This document shows, piece after piece, positions 25,299-39,879 of a stretch of DNA of 64,000 nt (position 1 is the first letter of the stretch; every line of letters starts with the position of its first letter). Position numbers and translations under genes: made by a program. A model generated the notes under the pieces. That model searched no databases. It was not told the origin of the DNA and saw only the letters and a program-made list of their open reading frames with translations. The stretch comes from Auanema rhodensis (Eukaryota > Animalia > Nematoda), in assembly GCA_964057225.1 (NCBI GenBank), contig OZ059900.1:13206001-13270000 (forward strand), written 5' to 3'.

Positions 25299-28200
25299 TA
25301 GTATCTCAATCTAACCAGAGAACTTCTGAGTTGGAAATACATTTTGGAAAGCACACCATGAGTGTGCAATATTGAAAACTGTCTGTCTTAGTATGATTAT
25401 ATCACACTATACATGCCAAAGCAAAACAAATTTGAATATGAACATGACGCGTCTTTTACATTATAGTTTGACCGGATAAAGCTTTGTATAGCTTTGTACA
25501 CTGATCACATATTCGGCGATAGGCTAGAACAGTTCATAAGTTTCCTGAATAGATTTGGTTTAATTACCCAAGTTAGAGGTAGTATCTCTATCTAACCAGA
25601 GAACTTCTGAGTTGGAAATACATTTTGGAAAGCACACCATGAGTGTGCAATATTGAAAACTGTCTGTCTTAGTATGATTATATGACACTATAGATGCCAA
25701 AGCAATACGAATTTGAATATGAACATGACGCGTCTTTTACATTATAGTTTGACCGGATAAAGCTTTGTATAGCTTTGTACACTGATCACATATTCGGCGA
25801 TAGGCTAGAACAGTTCATAAGTTTCCTGAATAGATTTGGTTTCATTACCCAAGTTAGAGGTAGTATCTCTATCTAACCAAAGAACTTCTGAGTTGGAAAT
25901 ACATTTTGGAAAGCACACCATGAGTGTGCAATATTGAAAACTGTCTGTCTTAGTATGATTATATGACACTATAGATGCCAAAGCGAAACAATTTTGAATA
26001 TGAACATGACGCGTCTTTTACATTATAGTTTGACCGGATAAAGCTTTGTATAGCTTTGTATAGCTTTGTACACTGATCACATATTCGGCGATAGGCTAGA
26101 ACAGTTCATAAGTTTCCTGAATAGATTTGGTTTAATTACCCAAGTTAGAGGTAGTATCTCTATCTAACCAGAGAACTTCTGAGTTGGAAATACATTTTGG
26201 AAAGCACACCATGAGTGTGCAATATTGAAAACTGTCTGTCTTAGTATGATTATATGACAGTATAGATGCCAAAGCAAAACAAATTTGAATATGAACATGA
26301 CGCGTCTTTTACATTATAGTTTGACCGGATAAAGCTTTGTATAGCTTTGTATAGCTTTGTACACTGATCACATATACGGCGATAGGCTAAAACAGTTCAT
26401 AAGTTTCCTGAATAGATTTGGTTTAATTACCTAAGTTAGAGGTAGTATCTCTATCTAACCAGAGAACTTCTGAGTTGGAAATACATTTTGGAAAGCACAC
26501 CATGAGTGTGCAATATTGAAAACTGTCTGTCTTAGTATGATTATATGACACTATAGATGCCAAAGCAAAACAAATTTGAATATGAACATGACGCGTCTTT
26601 TACATTATAGTTTCACCGGATAAAGCTTTGTATAGTTTTGTATAGCTTTGTACACTGATCACATATACGGCGATAGGCTAGAACAGTTCATAAGTTTCCT
26701 GAATAGATTTGGTTTAATTACCCAAGTTAGAGGTAGTATCTCAATCTAACCAGAGAACTTCTGAGTTGGAAATACATTTTGGAAAGCACACCACGAGTGT
26801 GCAATATTGAAAACTGTCTGTCTTAGTATGATTATATGACACTATAGATGCCAAAGCAAAACAAATTTGAATATGAACATGACGCGTCTTTTACATTATA
26901 GTTTGACCGGATAAAGCTTTGCATAGCTTTGTACACTGATCACATATACGGCGATAGGCTAGAACAGTTCATAAGTTTCCTGAATAGATTTGGTTTAATT
27001 ACCCAAGTTAGAGGTAGTATCTCAATCTAACCAGAGAACTTCTGAGTTGGAAATACATTTTGGAAAGCACACCACGAGTGTGCAATATTGAAAACTGTCT
27101 GTCTTAGTATGATTATATGACACTATAGATGCCAAAGCAAAACAAATTTGAATATGAACATGACGCGTCTTTTACATTATAGTTTGACCGGATAAAGCTT
27201 TGTATAGCTTTGTACACTGATCACATATTCGGCGATATTCTAGAATAGTTCATAAGTTTCCTGAATAGATTTGGTTTAATTACCCAAGTTAGAGATAGTA
27301 TCTCAATCTAACCAGAGAACTTCTGAGTTGGAAATACATTTTGGAAAGCACACCATGAGTGTGCAATATTGAAAACTGTCTGTCTAGGTATGATTATATG
27401 ACCCTATAGATGCCAAAACAAAACAAATTTGAATATGAACATGACGCGTCTTTTACATTATAGTTTGACTTGTTAAAGCTTTGTATAGCTTTGTACCCTG
27501 ATCACATATACGGCGATAGGCTAGAACAGTTCATAAGTTTCCTGAATAGATTTGGTTTAATAACCCAAGTTAGAGGTAGTATCTCAATCTAACCAGAGAA
27601 CTTCTGAGTTGGAAATACATTTTGGAAAGCACACCATGAGTGTGCAATATTGAAAACTGTCTGTCTTAGTATGATTATATCACACTATAGATGCCAAAGC
27701 AAAACAAATTTGAATATGAACATGACGCGTCTTTTACATTATAGTTTGACCGGATAAAGCTTTGTATAGCTTTGTACACTGATCACATATACGGCGATAG
27801 GCTAGAACAGTTCATAAGTTTCCTGAATAGATTTGGTATAATTACCCAAGTTAGAGGTAGTATCTCAATCTAACCAGAGAACTTCTGAGTTGGAAATACA
27901 TTTTGGAAAGCACACCACGAGTGTGCAATATTGAAAACTGTCTGTCTTAGTATGATTATATGACACTATAGATGATTAAGCAATATGAATTTGATCATGA
28001 ACATGACGCGTCTTTTACATTATAGTTTGACCGGATAAAGCTTTGCATAGCTTTGTACACTGATCACATATACGGCGATAGGCTAGAACAGTTCATAAGT
28101 TTCCTGAATAGATTTGGTTTAATTACCCAAGTTAGAGGTAGTATCTCAATCTAACCAGAGAACTTCTGAGTTGGAAATACATTTTGGAAAGCACACCACG

Positions 28201-29864
28201 AGTGTGCAATATTGAAAACTGTCTGTCTTAGTATGATTATATAACACTACAGATGCTAAAGCAAAATGAATTTGAATATGAACATGACGCGTCTTTTACA
28301 TTATAGTTTGACAGGATAAAGCTTTGTATAGCTTTGTATAGCTTTGTACACTGATCACATATACGGCGATAGGCTAGAACAGTTCAAAAGTTTCCTGAAT
28401 AGATTTGGTTTAATTACCCAAGTTAGAGGTAGTATCTCAATCTAACCAGAGAACTTCTGAGTTGGAAATACATTTTGGAAAGCACACCACGAGTGTGCAA
28501 TATTGAAAACTGTCTGTCTTAGTATGATTATATGACACTATAGATGATTAAGCAATATGAATTTGATCATGAACATGACGCGTCTTTTACATTATAGTTT
28601 GACCGGATAAAGCTTTGTATAGTTTTGTATAGCTTTGTACACTGATCACATATACGGCGATAGGCTAGAACAGTTCATAAGTTTCCTGAATAGATTTGGT
28701 TTAATTACCCAAGTTAGAGGTAGTATCTCAATCTAACCAGAGAACTTCTGAGTTGGAAATACATTTTGGAAAGCACACCATGAGTGTGCAATATTGAAAA
28801 CTGTCTGTCTTAATATGATTATATGACACTATAGATGCCAAAGCAAAACAAATTTGAATATGAACATGACGCGTCTTTTACATTATAGTTTCACCGGATA
28901 AAGCTTTGTATAGTTTTGTATAACTTTGTACACTGATCACATATACGGCGATAGGCTAGAACAGTTCATAAGTTTCCTGAATAGATTTGGTATAATTACC
29001 CAAGTTAGAGGTAGTATCTCAATCTAACCAGAGAACTTCTGAGTTGGAAATACATTTTGGAAAGCACACCATGAGTGTGCAATATTGAAAACTGTCTGTC
29101 TTAGTATGATTATATCACACTATACATGCCAAAGCAAAACAAATTTGAATATGAACATGACGCGTCTTTTACATTATAGTTTGACCGGATAAAGCTTTGT
29201 ATAGCTTTGTACACTGATCACATATTCGGCGATAGGCTAGAACAGTTCATAAGTTTCCTGAATAGATTTGGTTTAATTACCCAAGTTAGAGGTAGTATCT
29301 CTATCTAACCAGAGAACTTCTGAGTTGGAAATACATTTTGGAAAGCACACCATGAGTGTGCAATATTGAAAACTGTCTGTCTTAGTATGATTATATGACA
29401 CTATAGATGCCAAAGCAATACGAATTTGAATATGAACATGACGCGTCTTTTACATTATAGTTTGACCGGATAAAGCTTTGTATAGCTTTGTACACTGATC
29501 ACATATTCGGCGATAGGCTAGAACAGTTCATAAGTTTCCTGAATAGATTTGGTTTCATTACCCAAGTTAGAGGTAGTATCTCTATCTAACCAAAGAACTT
29601 CTGAGTTGGGAATACATTTTGGAAAGCACACCATGAGTGTGCAATATTGAAAACTGTCTGTCTTAGTATGATTATATGACACTATAGATGCCAAAGCGAA
29701 ACAATTTTGAATATGAACATGACGCGTCTTTTACATTATAGTTTGACCGGATAAAGCTTTGTATAGCTTTGTATAGCTTTGTACACTGATCACATATTCG
29801 GCGATAGGCTAGAACAGTTCATAAGTTTCCTGAATAGATTTGGTTTAATTACCCAAGTTAGAGG

Positions 29865-32463
29865 TAGTATCTCTATCTAACCAGAGAACTTCTGAGTTGG
29901 AAATACATTTTGGAAAGCACACCATGAGTGTGCAATATTGAAAACTGTCTGTCTTAGTATGATTATATGACACTATAGATGCCAAAGCGAAACAATTTTG
30001 AATATGAACATGACGCGTCTTTTACATTATAGTTTGACCGGATAAAGCTTTGTATAGCTTTGTATAGCTTTGTACACTGATCACATATTCGGCGATAGGC
30101 TAGAACAGTTCATAAGTTTCCTGAATAGATTTGGTTTAATTACCCAAGTTAGAGGTAGTATCTCTATCTAACCAGAGAACTTCTGAGTTGGAAATACATT
30201 TTGGAAAGCACACCATGAGTGTGCAATATTGAAAACTGTCTGTCTTAGTATGATTATATGACACTATAGATGCCAAAGCAATACGAATTTGAATATGAAC
30301 ATGACGCGTCTTTTACATTATAGTTTGACCGGATAAAGCTTTGTATAGCTTTGTATAGCTTTGTACACTGATCACATATTCGGCGATAGGCTAGAACAGT
30401 TCATAAGTTTCCTGAATAGATTTGGTTTAATTACCCAAGTTAGAGGTAGTATCTCTATCTAACCAGAGAACTTCTGAGTTGGAAATACATTTTGGAAAGC
30501 ACACCATGAGTGTGCAATATTGAAAACTGTCTGTCTTAGTATGATTATATGACACTATAGATGCCAAAGCGAAACAATTTTGAATATGAACATGACGCGT
30601 CTTTTACATTATAGTTTGACCGGATAAAGCTTTGTATAGCTTTGTATAGCTTTGTACACTGATCACATATTCGGCGATAGGCTAGAACAGTTCATAAGTT
30701 TCCTGAATAGATTTGGTTTAATTACCCAAGTTAGAGGTAGTATCTCTATCTAACCAGAGAACTTCTGAGTTGGAAATACATTTTGGAAAGCACACCATGA
30801 GTGTGCAATATTGAAAACTGTCTGTCTTAGTATGATTATATGACACTATAGATGCCAAAGCAATACGAATTTGAATATGAACATGACGCGTCTTTTACAT
30901 TATAGTTTGACCGGATAAAGCTTTGTATAGCTTTGTATAGCTTTGTACACTGATCACATATTCGGCGATAGGCTAGAACAGTTCATAAGTTTCCTGAATA
31001 GATTTGGTTTAATTACCCAAGTTAGAGGTAGTATCTCTATCTAACCAGAGAACTTCTGAGTTGGAAATACATTTTGGAAAGCACACCATGAGTGTGCAAT
31101 ATTGAAAACTGTCTGTCTTAGTATGATTATATGACACTATAGATGCCAAAGCGAAACAATTTTGAATATGAACATGACGCGTCTTTTACATTATAGTTTG
31201 ACCGGATAAAGCTTTGTATAGCTTTGTACACTGATCACATATTCGGCGATAGGCTAGAACAGTTCATAAGTTTCCTGAATAGATTTGGTTTCATTACCCA
31301 AGTTAGAGGTAGTATCTCTATCTAACCAGAGAACTTCTGAGTTGGAAATACATTTTGGAAAGCACACCATGAGTGTGCAATATTGAAAACTGTCTGTCTT
31401 AGTATGATTATATGACACTATAGATGCCAAAGCGAAACAATTTTGAATATGAACATGACGCGTCTTTTACATTATAGTTTGACCGGATAAAGCTTTGTAT
31501 AGCTTTGTATAGCTTTGTACACTGATCACATATTCGGCGATAGGCTAGAACAGTTCATAAGTTTCCTGAATAGATTTGGTTTAATTACCCAAGTTAGAGG
31601 TAGTATCTCTATCTAACCAGAGAACTTCTGAGTTGGAAATACATTTTGGAAAGCACACCATGAGTGTGCAATATTGAAAACTGTCTGTCTTAGTATGATT
31701 ATATGACACTATAGATGCCAAAGCAATACGAATTTGAATATGAACATGACGCGTCTTTTACATTATAGTTTGACCGGATAAAGCTTTGTATAGCTTTGTA
31801 TAGCTTTGTACACTGATCACATATTCGGCGATAGGCTAGAACAGTTCATAAGTTTCCTGAATAGATTTGGTTTAATTACCCAAGTTAGAGGTAGTATCTC
31901 TATCTAACCAGAGAACTTCTGAGTTGGAAATACATTTTGGAAAGCACACCATGAGTGTGCAATATTGAAAACTGTCTGTCTTAGTATGATTATATGACAC
32001 TATAGATGCCAAAGCGAAACAATTTTGAATATGAACATGACGCGTCTTTTACATTATAGTTTGACCGGATAAAGCTTTGTATAGCTTTGTATAGCTTTGT
32101 ACACTGATCACATATTCGGCGATAGGCTAGAACAGTTCATAAGTTTCCTGAATAGATTTGGTTTAATTACCCAAGTTAGAGGTAGTATCTCTATCTAACC
32201 AGAGAACTTCTGAGTTGGAAATACATTTTGGAAAGCACACCATGAGTGTGCAATATTGAAAACTGTCTGTCTTAGTATGATTATATGACACTATAGATGC
32301 CAAAGCAATACGAATTTGAATATGAACATGACGCGTCTTTTACATTATAGTTTGACCGGATAAAGCTTTGTATAGCTTTGTACACTGATCACATATTCGG
32401 CGATAGGCTAGAACAGTTCATAAGTTTCCTGAATAGATTTGGTTTAATTACCCAAGTTAGAGG
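29865..32463. repeat. Alternating dimer (about 582 bp) of GCGAAACAATTTT and GCAATACGAATTT monomers
   Basis: Monomers 105-113 alternate between the two alleles, with one phase slip at 31029-31600. Confidence 0.88.
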
Positions 32464-33627
32464 TAGTATCTCTATCTAACCAGAGAACTTCTGAGTTGGA
32501 AATACATTTTGGAAAGCACACCATGAGTGTGCAATATTGAAAACTGTCTGTCTTAGTATGATTATATGACACTATAGATGCCAAAGCAAAACAAATTTGA
32601 ATATGAACATGACGCGTCTTTTACATTATAGTTTCACCGGATAAAGCTTTGTATAGTTTTTTATAGCTTTGTACACTGATCACATATACGGCGATAGGCT
32701 AGAACAGTTCATAAGTTTCCTGAATAGATTTGGTTTAATTACCCAAGTTAGAGGTAGTATCTCTATCTAACCAGAGAACTTCTGAGTTGGAAATACATTT
32801 TGGAAAGCACACCATGAGTGTGCAATATTGAAAACTGTCTGTCTTAGTATGATTATATGACACTATAGATGCCAAAGCAAAACAAATTTGAATATGAACA
32901 TGACGCGTCTTTTACATTATAGTTTGACCGGATAAAGCTTTGTATAGCTTTGTATAGCTTTGTACACTGATCACATATTCGGCGATAGGCTAGAACAGTT
33001 CATAAGTTTCCTGAATAGATTTGGTTTAATTACCCAAGTTAGAGGTAGTATCTCTATCTAACCAGAGAACTTCTGAGTTGGAAATACATTTTGGAAAGCA
33101 CACCATGAGTGTGCAATATTGAAAACTGTCTGTCTTAGTATGATTATATGACACTATAGATGCCAAAGCAAAACAAATTTGAATATGAACATGACGCGTC
33201 TTTTACATTATAGTTTCACCGGATAAAGCTTTGTATAGTTTTTTATAGCTTTGTACACTGATCACATATACGGCGATAGGCTAGAACAGTTCATAAGTTT
33301 CCTGAATAGATTTGGTTTAATTACCCAAGTTAGAGGTAGTATCTCAATCTAACCAGAGAACTTCTGAGTTGGAAATACATTTTGGAAAGCACACCATGAG
33401 TGTGCAATATTGAAAACTGTCTGTCTTAGTATGATTATATGACACTATAGATGATTAAGCAATATGAATTTGATCATGAACATGACGCGTCTTTTACATT
33501 ATAGTTTGGCAGGATAAACCTTTGTATAGCTTTGTATAGCTTTGTACACTGATCACATATACGGCCATAGGCTAGAACAGTTTATAAGTTTCCTGAATAG
33601 ATTTGGTTTAATTACCCAAGTTAGAGG

Positions 33628-36600
33628 TAGTATCTCAATCTAAGCAGAGAACTTCTGAGTTGGAAATACATTTTGGAAAGCACACCACGAGTGTGCAATA
33701 TTGAAAACTGTCTGTCTTAGTATGATTATATGACACTATAGATGCCAAAGCAAAACAAATTTGAATATGAACATGACGCGTCTTTTACATTATAGTTTGA
33801 CCGGATAAAGCTTTGCATAGCTTTGTACACTGATCACATATACGGCGATAGGCTAGAACAGTTCATAAGTTTCCTGAATAGATTTGGTTTAATTACCCAA
33901 GTTAGAGGTAGTATCTCAATCTAACCAGAGAACTTCTGAGTTGGAAATACATTTTGGAAAGCACACCACGAGTGTGCAATATTGAAAACTGTCTGTCTTA
34001 GTATGATTATATGACACTATAGATGCCAAAGCAAAACAAATTTGAATATGAACATGACGCGTCTTTTACATTATAGTTTGACCGGATAAAGCTTTGTATA
34101 GCTTTGTACACTGATCACATATTCGGCGATATTCTAGAATAGTTCATAAGTTTCCTGAATAGATTTGGTTTAATTACCCAAGTTAGAGATAGTATCTCAA
34201 TCTAACCAGAGAACTTCTGAGTTGGAAATACATTTTGGAAAGCACACCATGAGTGTGCAATATTGAAAACTGTCTGTCTAGGTATGATTATATGACCCTA
34301 TAGATGCCAAAGCAAAACAAATTTGAATATGAACATGACGCGTCTTTTACATTATAGTTTGACCGGATAAAGCTTTGTATAGCTTTGTATAGCTTTGCAC
34401 ACTGATCACATATACGGCGATAGGCTAGAACAGTTCATAAGTTTCCTGAATAGATTTGGTTTAATTACCCAAGTTAAAGGTAGTATCTCAATCTAACCAG
34501 AGAACTTCTGAGTTGGAAATACATTTTGGAAAGCACACCACGAGTGTGCAATATTGAAAACTGTCTGTCTTAGTATGATTATATGACACTATAGATGCCA
34601 AAGCAAAACAAATTTGAATATGAACATGAAGCGTCTTTTACATTATAGTTTGACCGGATAAAGCTTTGTATAGCTTTGTATAGCTTTGTACACTGATCAC
34701 ATATACGGCGATAGGCTAGAACAGTTCATAAGTTTCCTGAATAGATTTGGTTTAATTACCCAAGTTAAAGGTAGTATCTCAATCTAACCAGAGAACTTCT
34801 GAGTTGGAAATACATTTTGGAAAGCACACCACGAGTGTGCAATATTGAAAACTGTCTGTCTAGGTATGATTATATGACCCTATAGATGCCAAAGCAAAAC
34901 AAATTTGAATATGAACATGACGCGTCTTTTACATTATAGTTTGACCGGATAAAGCTTTGTATAGCTTTGTATAGCTTTGTACACTGATCACATATACGGC
35001 GATAGGCTAGAACAGTTCATAAGTTTCCTGAATAGATTTGGTTTAATTACCCAAGTTAGAGGTAGTATCTCAATCTAACCAGAGAACTTCTGAGTTGGAA
35101 ATACATTTTGGAAAGCACATCATGAGTGTGCAATATTGAAAACTGTCTGTCTTAGTATGATTATATGACACTATAGATGCCAAAGCAAAACAAATTTGAA
35201 TATGAACATGACGCGTCTTTTACATTATAGTTTGACCGGATAAAGCTTTGTATAGCTTTGTACACTGATCACATATTCGGCGATAGGCTAGAACAGTTCA
35301 TAAGTTTCCTGAATAGATTTGGTTTAATTACCCAAGTTAGAGGTAGTATCTCAATCTAACCAGAGAACTTCTGAGTTGGAAATACATTTTGGAAAGCACA
35401 CCATGAGTGTGCAATATTGAAAACTGTCTGTCTTAGTATGATTATATGACACTATAGATGCCAAAACAAAACAAATTTGAATATGAACATGACGCGTCTT
35501 TTACATTATAGTTTGACTTGTTAAAGCTTTGTATAGCTTTGTACCCTGATCACATATACGGCGATAGGCTAGAACAGTTTATAAGTTTCCTGAATAGATT
35601 TGGTTTAATTACCCAAGTTAGAGGTAGTATCTCAATCTAAGCAGAGAACTTCTGAGTTGGAAATACATTTTGGAAAGCACACCACGAGTGTGCAATATTG
35701 AAAACTGTCTGTCTTAGTATGATTATATGACACTATAGATGCCAAAGCAAAACAAATTTGAATATGAACATGACGCGTCTTTTACATTATAGTTTGACCG
35801 GATAAAGCTTTGCATAGCTTTGTACACTGATCACATATACGGCGATAGGCTAGAACAGTTCATAAGTTTCCTGAATAGATTTGGTTTAATTACCCAAGTT
35901 AGAGGTAGTATCTCAATCTAACCAGAGAACTTCTGAGTTGGAAATACATTTTGGAAAGCACACCACGAGTGTGCAATATTGAAAACTGTCTGTCTTAGTA
36001 TGATTATATGACACTATAGATGCCAAAGCAAAACAAATTTGAATATGAACATGACGCGTCTTTTACATTATAGTTTGACCGGATAAAGCTTTGTATAGCT
36101 TTGTACACTGATCACATATTCGGCGATATTCTAGAATAGTTCATAAGTTTCCTGAATAGATTTGGTTTAATTACCCAAGTTAGAGATAGTATCTCAATCT
36201 AACCAGAGAACTTCTGAGTTGGAAATACATTTTGGAAAGCACACCATGAGTGTGCAATATTGAAAACTGTCTGTCTAGGTATGATTATATGACCCTATAG
36301 ATGCCAAAGCAAAACAAATTTGAATATGAACATGACGCGTCTTTTACATTATAGTTTGACCGGATAAAGCTTTGTATAGCTTTGTATAGCTTTGCACACT
36401 GATCACATATACGGCGATAGGCTAGAACAGTTCATAAGTTTCCTGAATAGATTTGGTTTAATTACCCAAGTTAAAGGTAGTATCTCAATCTAACCAGAGA
36501 ACTTCTGAGTTGGAAATACATTTTGGAAAGCACACCACGAGTGTGCAATATTGAAAACTGTCTGTCTTAGTATGATTATATAACACTATAGATGCCAAAG

Positions 36601-39600
36601 CAAAACAAATTTGAATATGAACATGACGCGTCTTTTACATTATAGTTTGACCGGATAAAGCTTTGTATAGCTTTGTATAGCTTTGTACACTGATCACATA
36701 TACGGCGATAGGCTAGAACAGTTCATAAGTTTCCTGAATAGATTTGGTTTAATTACCCAAGTTAGAGGTAGTATCTCAATCTAACCAGAGAACTTCTGAG
36801 TTGGAAATACATTTTGGAAAGCACATCATGAGTGTGCAATATTGAAAACTGTCTGTCTTAGTATGATTATATGACACTATAGATGCCAAAGCAAAACAAA
36901 TTTGAATATGAACATGACGCGTCTTTTACATTATAGTTTGACCGGATAAAGCTTTGTATAGCTTTGTACACTGATCACATATTCGGCGATAGGCTAGAAC
37001 AGTTCATAAGTTTCCTGAATAGATTTGGTTTAATTACCCAAGTTAGAGGTAGTATCTCAATCTAACCAGAGAACTTCTGAGTTGGAAATACATTTTGGAA
37101 AGCACACCATGAGTGTGCAATATTGAAAACTGTCTGTCTTAGTATGATTATATGACACTATAGATGCCAAAACAAAACAAATTTGAATATGAACATGACG
37201 CGTCTTTTACATTATAGTTTGACTTGTTAAAGCTTTGTATAGCTTTGTACCCTGATCACATATACGGCGATAGGCTAGAACAATTCATAAGTTTCCTGAA
37301 TAGATTTGGTTTAATTACCCAAGTTAGAGGTAGTATCTCAATCTAACCAGAGAACTTCTGAGTTGGAAATACATTTTGGAAAGCACACCACGAGTGTGCA
37401 ATATTGAAAACTGTCTGTCTTAGTATGATTATATAACACTATAGATGCCAAAACAAAACAAATTTGAATATGAACATGACGCGTCTTTTACATTATAGTT
37501 TGACTTGTTAAAGCTTTGTATAGCTTTGTACCCTGATCACATATACGGCGATAGGCTAGAACAGTTCATAAGTTTCCTGAATAGATTTGGTTTAATTACC
37601 CAAGTTAGAGGTAGTATCTCAATCTAACCAGAGAACTTCTGAGTTGGAAATACATTTTGGAAAGCACACCACGAGTGTGCAATATTGAAAACTGTCTGTC
37701 TTAGTATGATTATATAACACTATAGATGCCAAAACAAAACAAATTTGAATATGAACATGACGCGTCTTTTACATTATAGTTTGACCGGATAAAGCTTTGT
37801 ATAGCTTTGTACACTGATCACATATTCGGCGATAGGCTAGAACAGTTCATAAGTTTCCTGAATAGATTTGGTTTAATTACCCAAGTTAGAGGTAGTATCT
37901 CAATCTAACCAGAGAACTTCTGAGTTGGAAATACATTTTGGAAAGCACATCATGAGTGTGCAATATTGAAAACTGTCTGTCTTAGTATGATTATATGACA
38001 CTATAGATGCCAAAGCAAAACAAATTTGAATATGAACATGACGCGTCTTTTACATTATAGTTTGACCGGATAAAGCTTTGCATAGCTTTGTACACTGATC
38101 ACATATACGGCGATAGGCTAGAACAGTTCATAAGTTTCCTGAATAGATTTGGTTTAATTACCCAAGTTAGAGGTAGTATCTCAATCTAACCAGAGAACTT
38201 CTGAGTTGGAAATACATTTTGGAAAGCACACCACGAGTGTGCAATATTGAAAACTGTCTGTCTTAGTATGATTATATGACACTATAGATGCCAAAGCAAA
38301 ACAAATTTGAATATGAACATGACGCGTCTTTTACATTATAGTTTGACCGGATAAAGCTTTGTATAGCTTTGTACACTGATCACATATTCGGCGATATTCT
38401 AGAATAGTTCATAAGTTTCCTGAATAGATTTGGTTTAATTACCCAAGTTAGAGATAGTATCTCAATCTAACCAGAGAACTTCTGAGTTGGAAATACATTT
38501 TGGAAAGCACACCATGAGTGTGCAATATTGAAAACTGTCTGTCTAGGTATGATTATATGACCCTATAGATGCCAAAGCAAAACAAATTTGAATATGAACA
38601 TGACGCGTCTTTTACATTATAGTTTGACCGGATAAAGCTTTGTATAGCTTTGTATAGCTTTGCACACTGATCACATATACGGCGATAGGCTAGAACAGTT
38701 CATAAGTTTCCTGAATAGATTTGGTTTAATTACCCAAGTTAAAGGTAGTATCTCAATCTAACCAGAGAACTTCTGAGTTGGAAATACATTTTGGAAAGCA
38801 CACCACGAGTGTGCAATATTGAAAACTGTCTGTCTTAGTATGATTATATAACACTATAGATGCCAAAGCAAAACAAATTTGAATATGAACATGACGCGTC
38901 TTTTACATTATAGTTTGACCGGATAAAGCTTTGTATAGCTTTGTATAGCTTTGTACACTGATCACATATACGGCGATAGGCTAGAACAGTTCATAAGTTT
39001 CCTGAATAGATTTGGTTTAATTACCCAAGTTAGAGGTAGTATCTCAATCTAACCAGAGAACTTCTGAGTTGGAAATACATTTTGGAAAGCACATCATGAG
39101 TGTGCAATATTGAAAACTGTCTGTCTTAGTATGATTATATGACACTATAGATGCCAAAGCAAAACAAATTTGAATATGAACATGACGCGTCTTTTACATT
39201 ATAGTTTGACCGGATAAAGCTTTGTATAGCTTTGTACACTGATCACATATTCGGCGATAGGCTAGAACAGTTCATAAGTTTCCTGAATAGATTTGGTTTA
39301 ATTACCCAAGTTAGAGGTAGTATCTCAATCTAACCAGAGAACTTCTGAGTTGGAAATACATTTTGGAAAGCACACCATGAGTGTGCAATATTGAAAACTG
39401 TCTGTCTTAGTATGATTATATGACACTATAGATGCCAAAACAAAACAAATTTGAATATGAACATGACGCGTCTTTTACATTATAGTTTGACTTGTTAAAG
39501 CTTTGTATAGCTTTGTACCCTGATCACATATACGGCGATAGGCTAGAACAATTCATAAGTTTCCTGAATAGATTTGGTTTAATTACCCAAGTTAGAGGTA

Positions 39601-39879
39601 GTATCTCAATCTAACCAGAGAACTTCTGAGTTGGAAATACATTTTGGAAAGCACACCACGAGTGTGCAATATTGAAAACTGTCTGTCTTAGTATGATTAT
39701 ATAACACTATAGATGCCAAAACAAAACAAATTTGAATATGAACATGACGCGTCTTTTACATTATAGTTTGACTTGTTAAAGCTTTGTATAGCTTTGTACC
39801 CTGATCACATATACGGCGATAGGCTAGAACAGTTCATAAGTTTCCTGAATAGATTTGGTTTAATTACCCAAGTTAGAGG
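33628..39879. repeat. Variable 7/8-monomer higher-order repeat, three copies (periods 1997 and 2268 bp)
   Basis: TATTCTAGAATA monomer at 33909, 35906 and 38174, each followed by CTAGGTA/GACCCTA, then GCACATC and GACTTGTT monomers. Confidence 0.9.
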
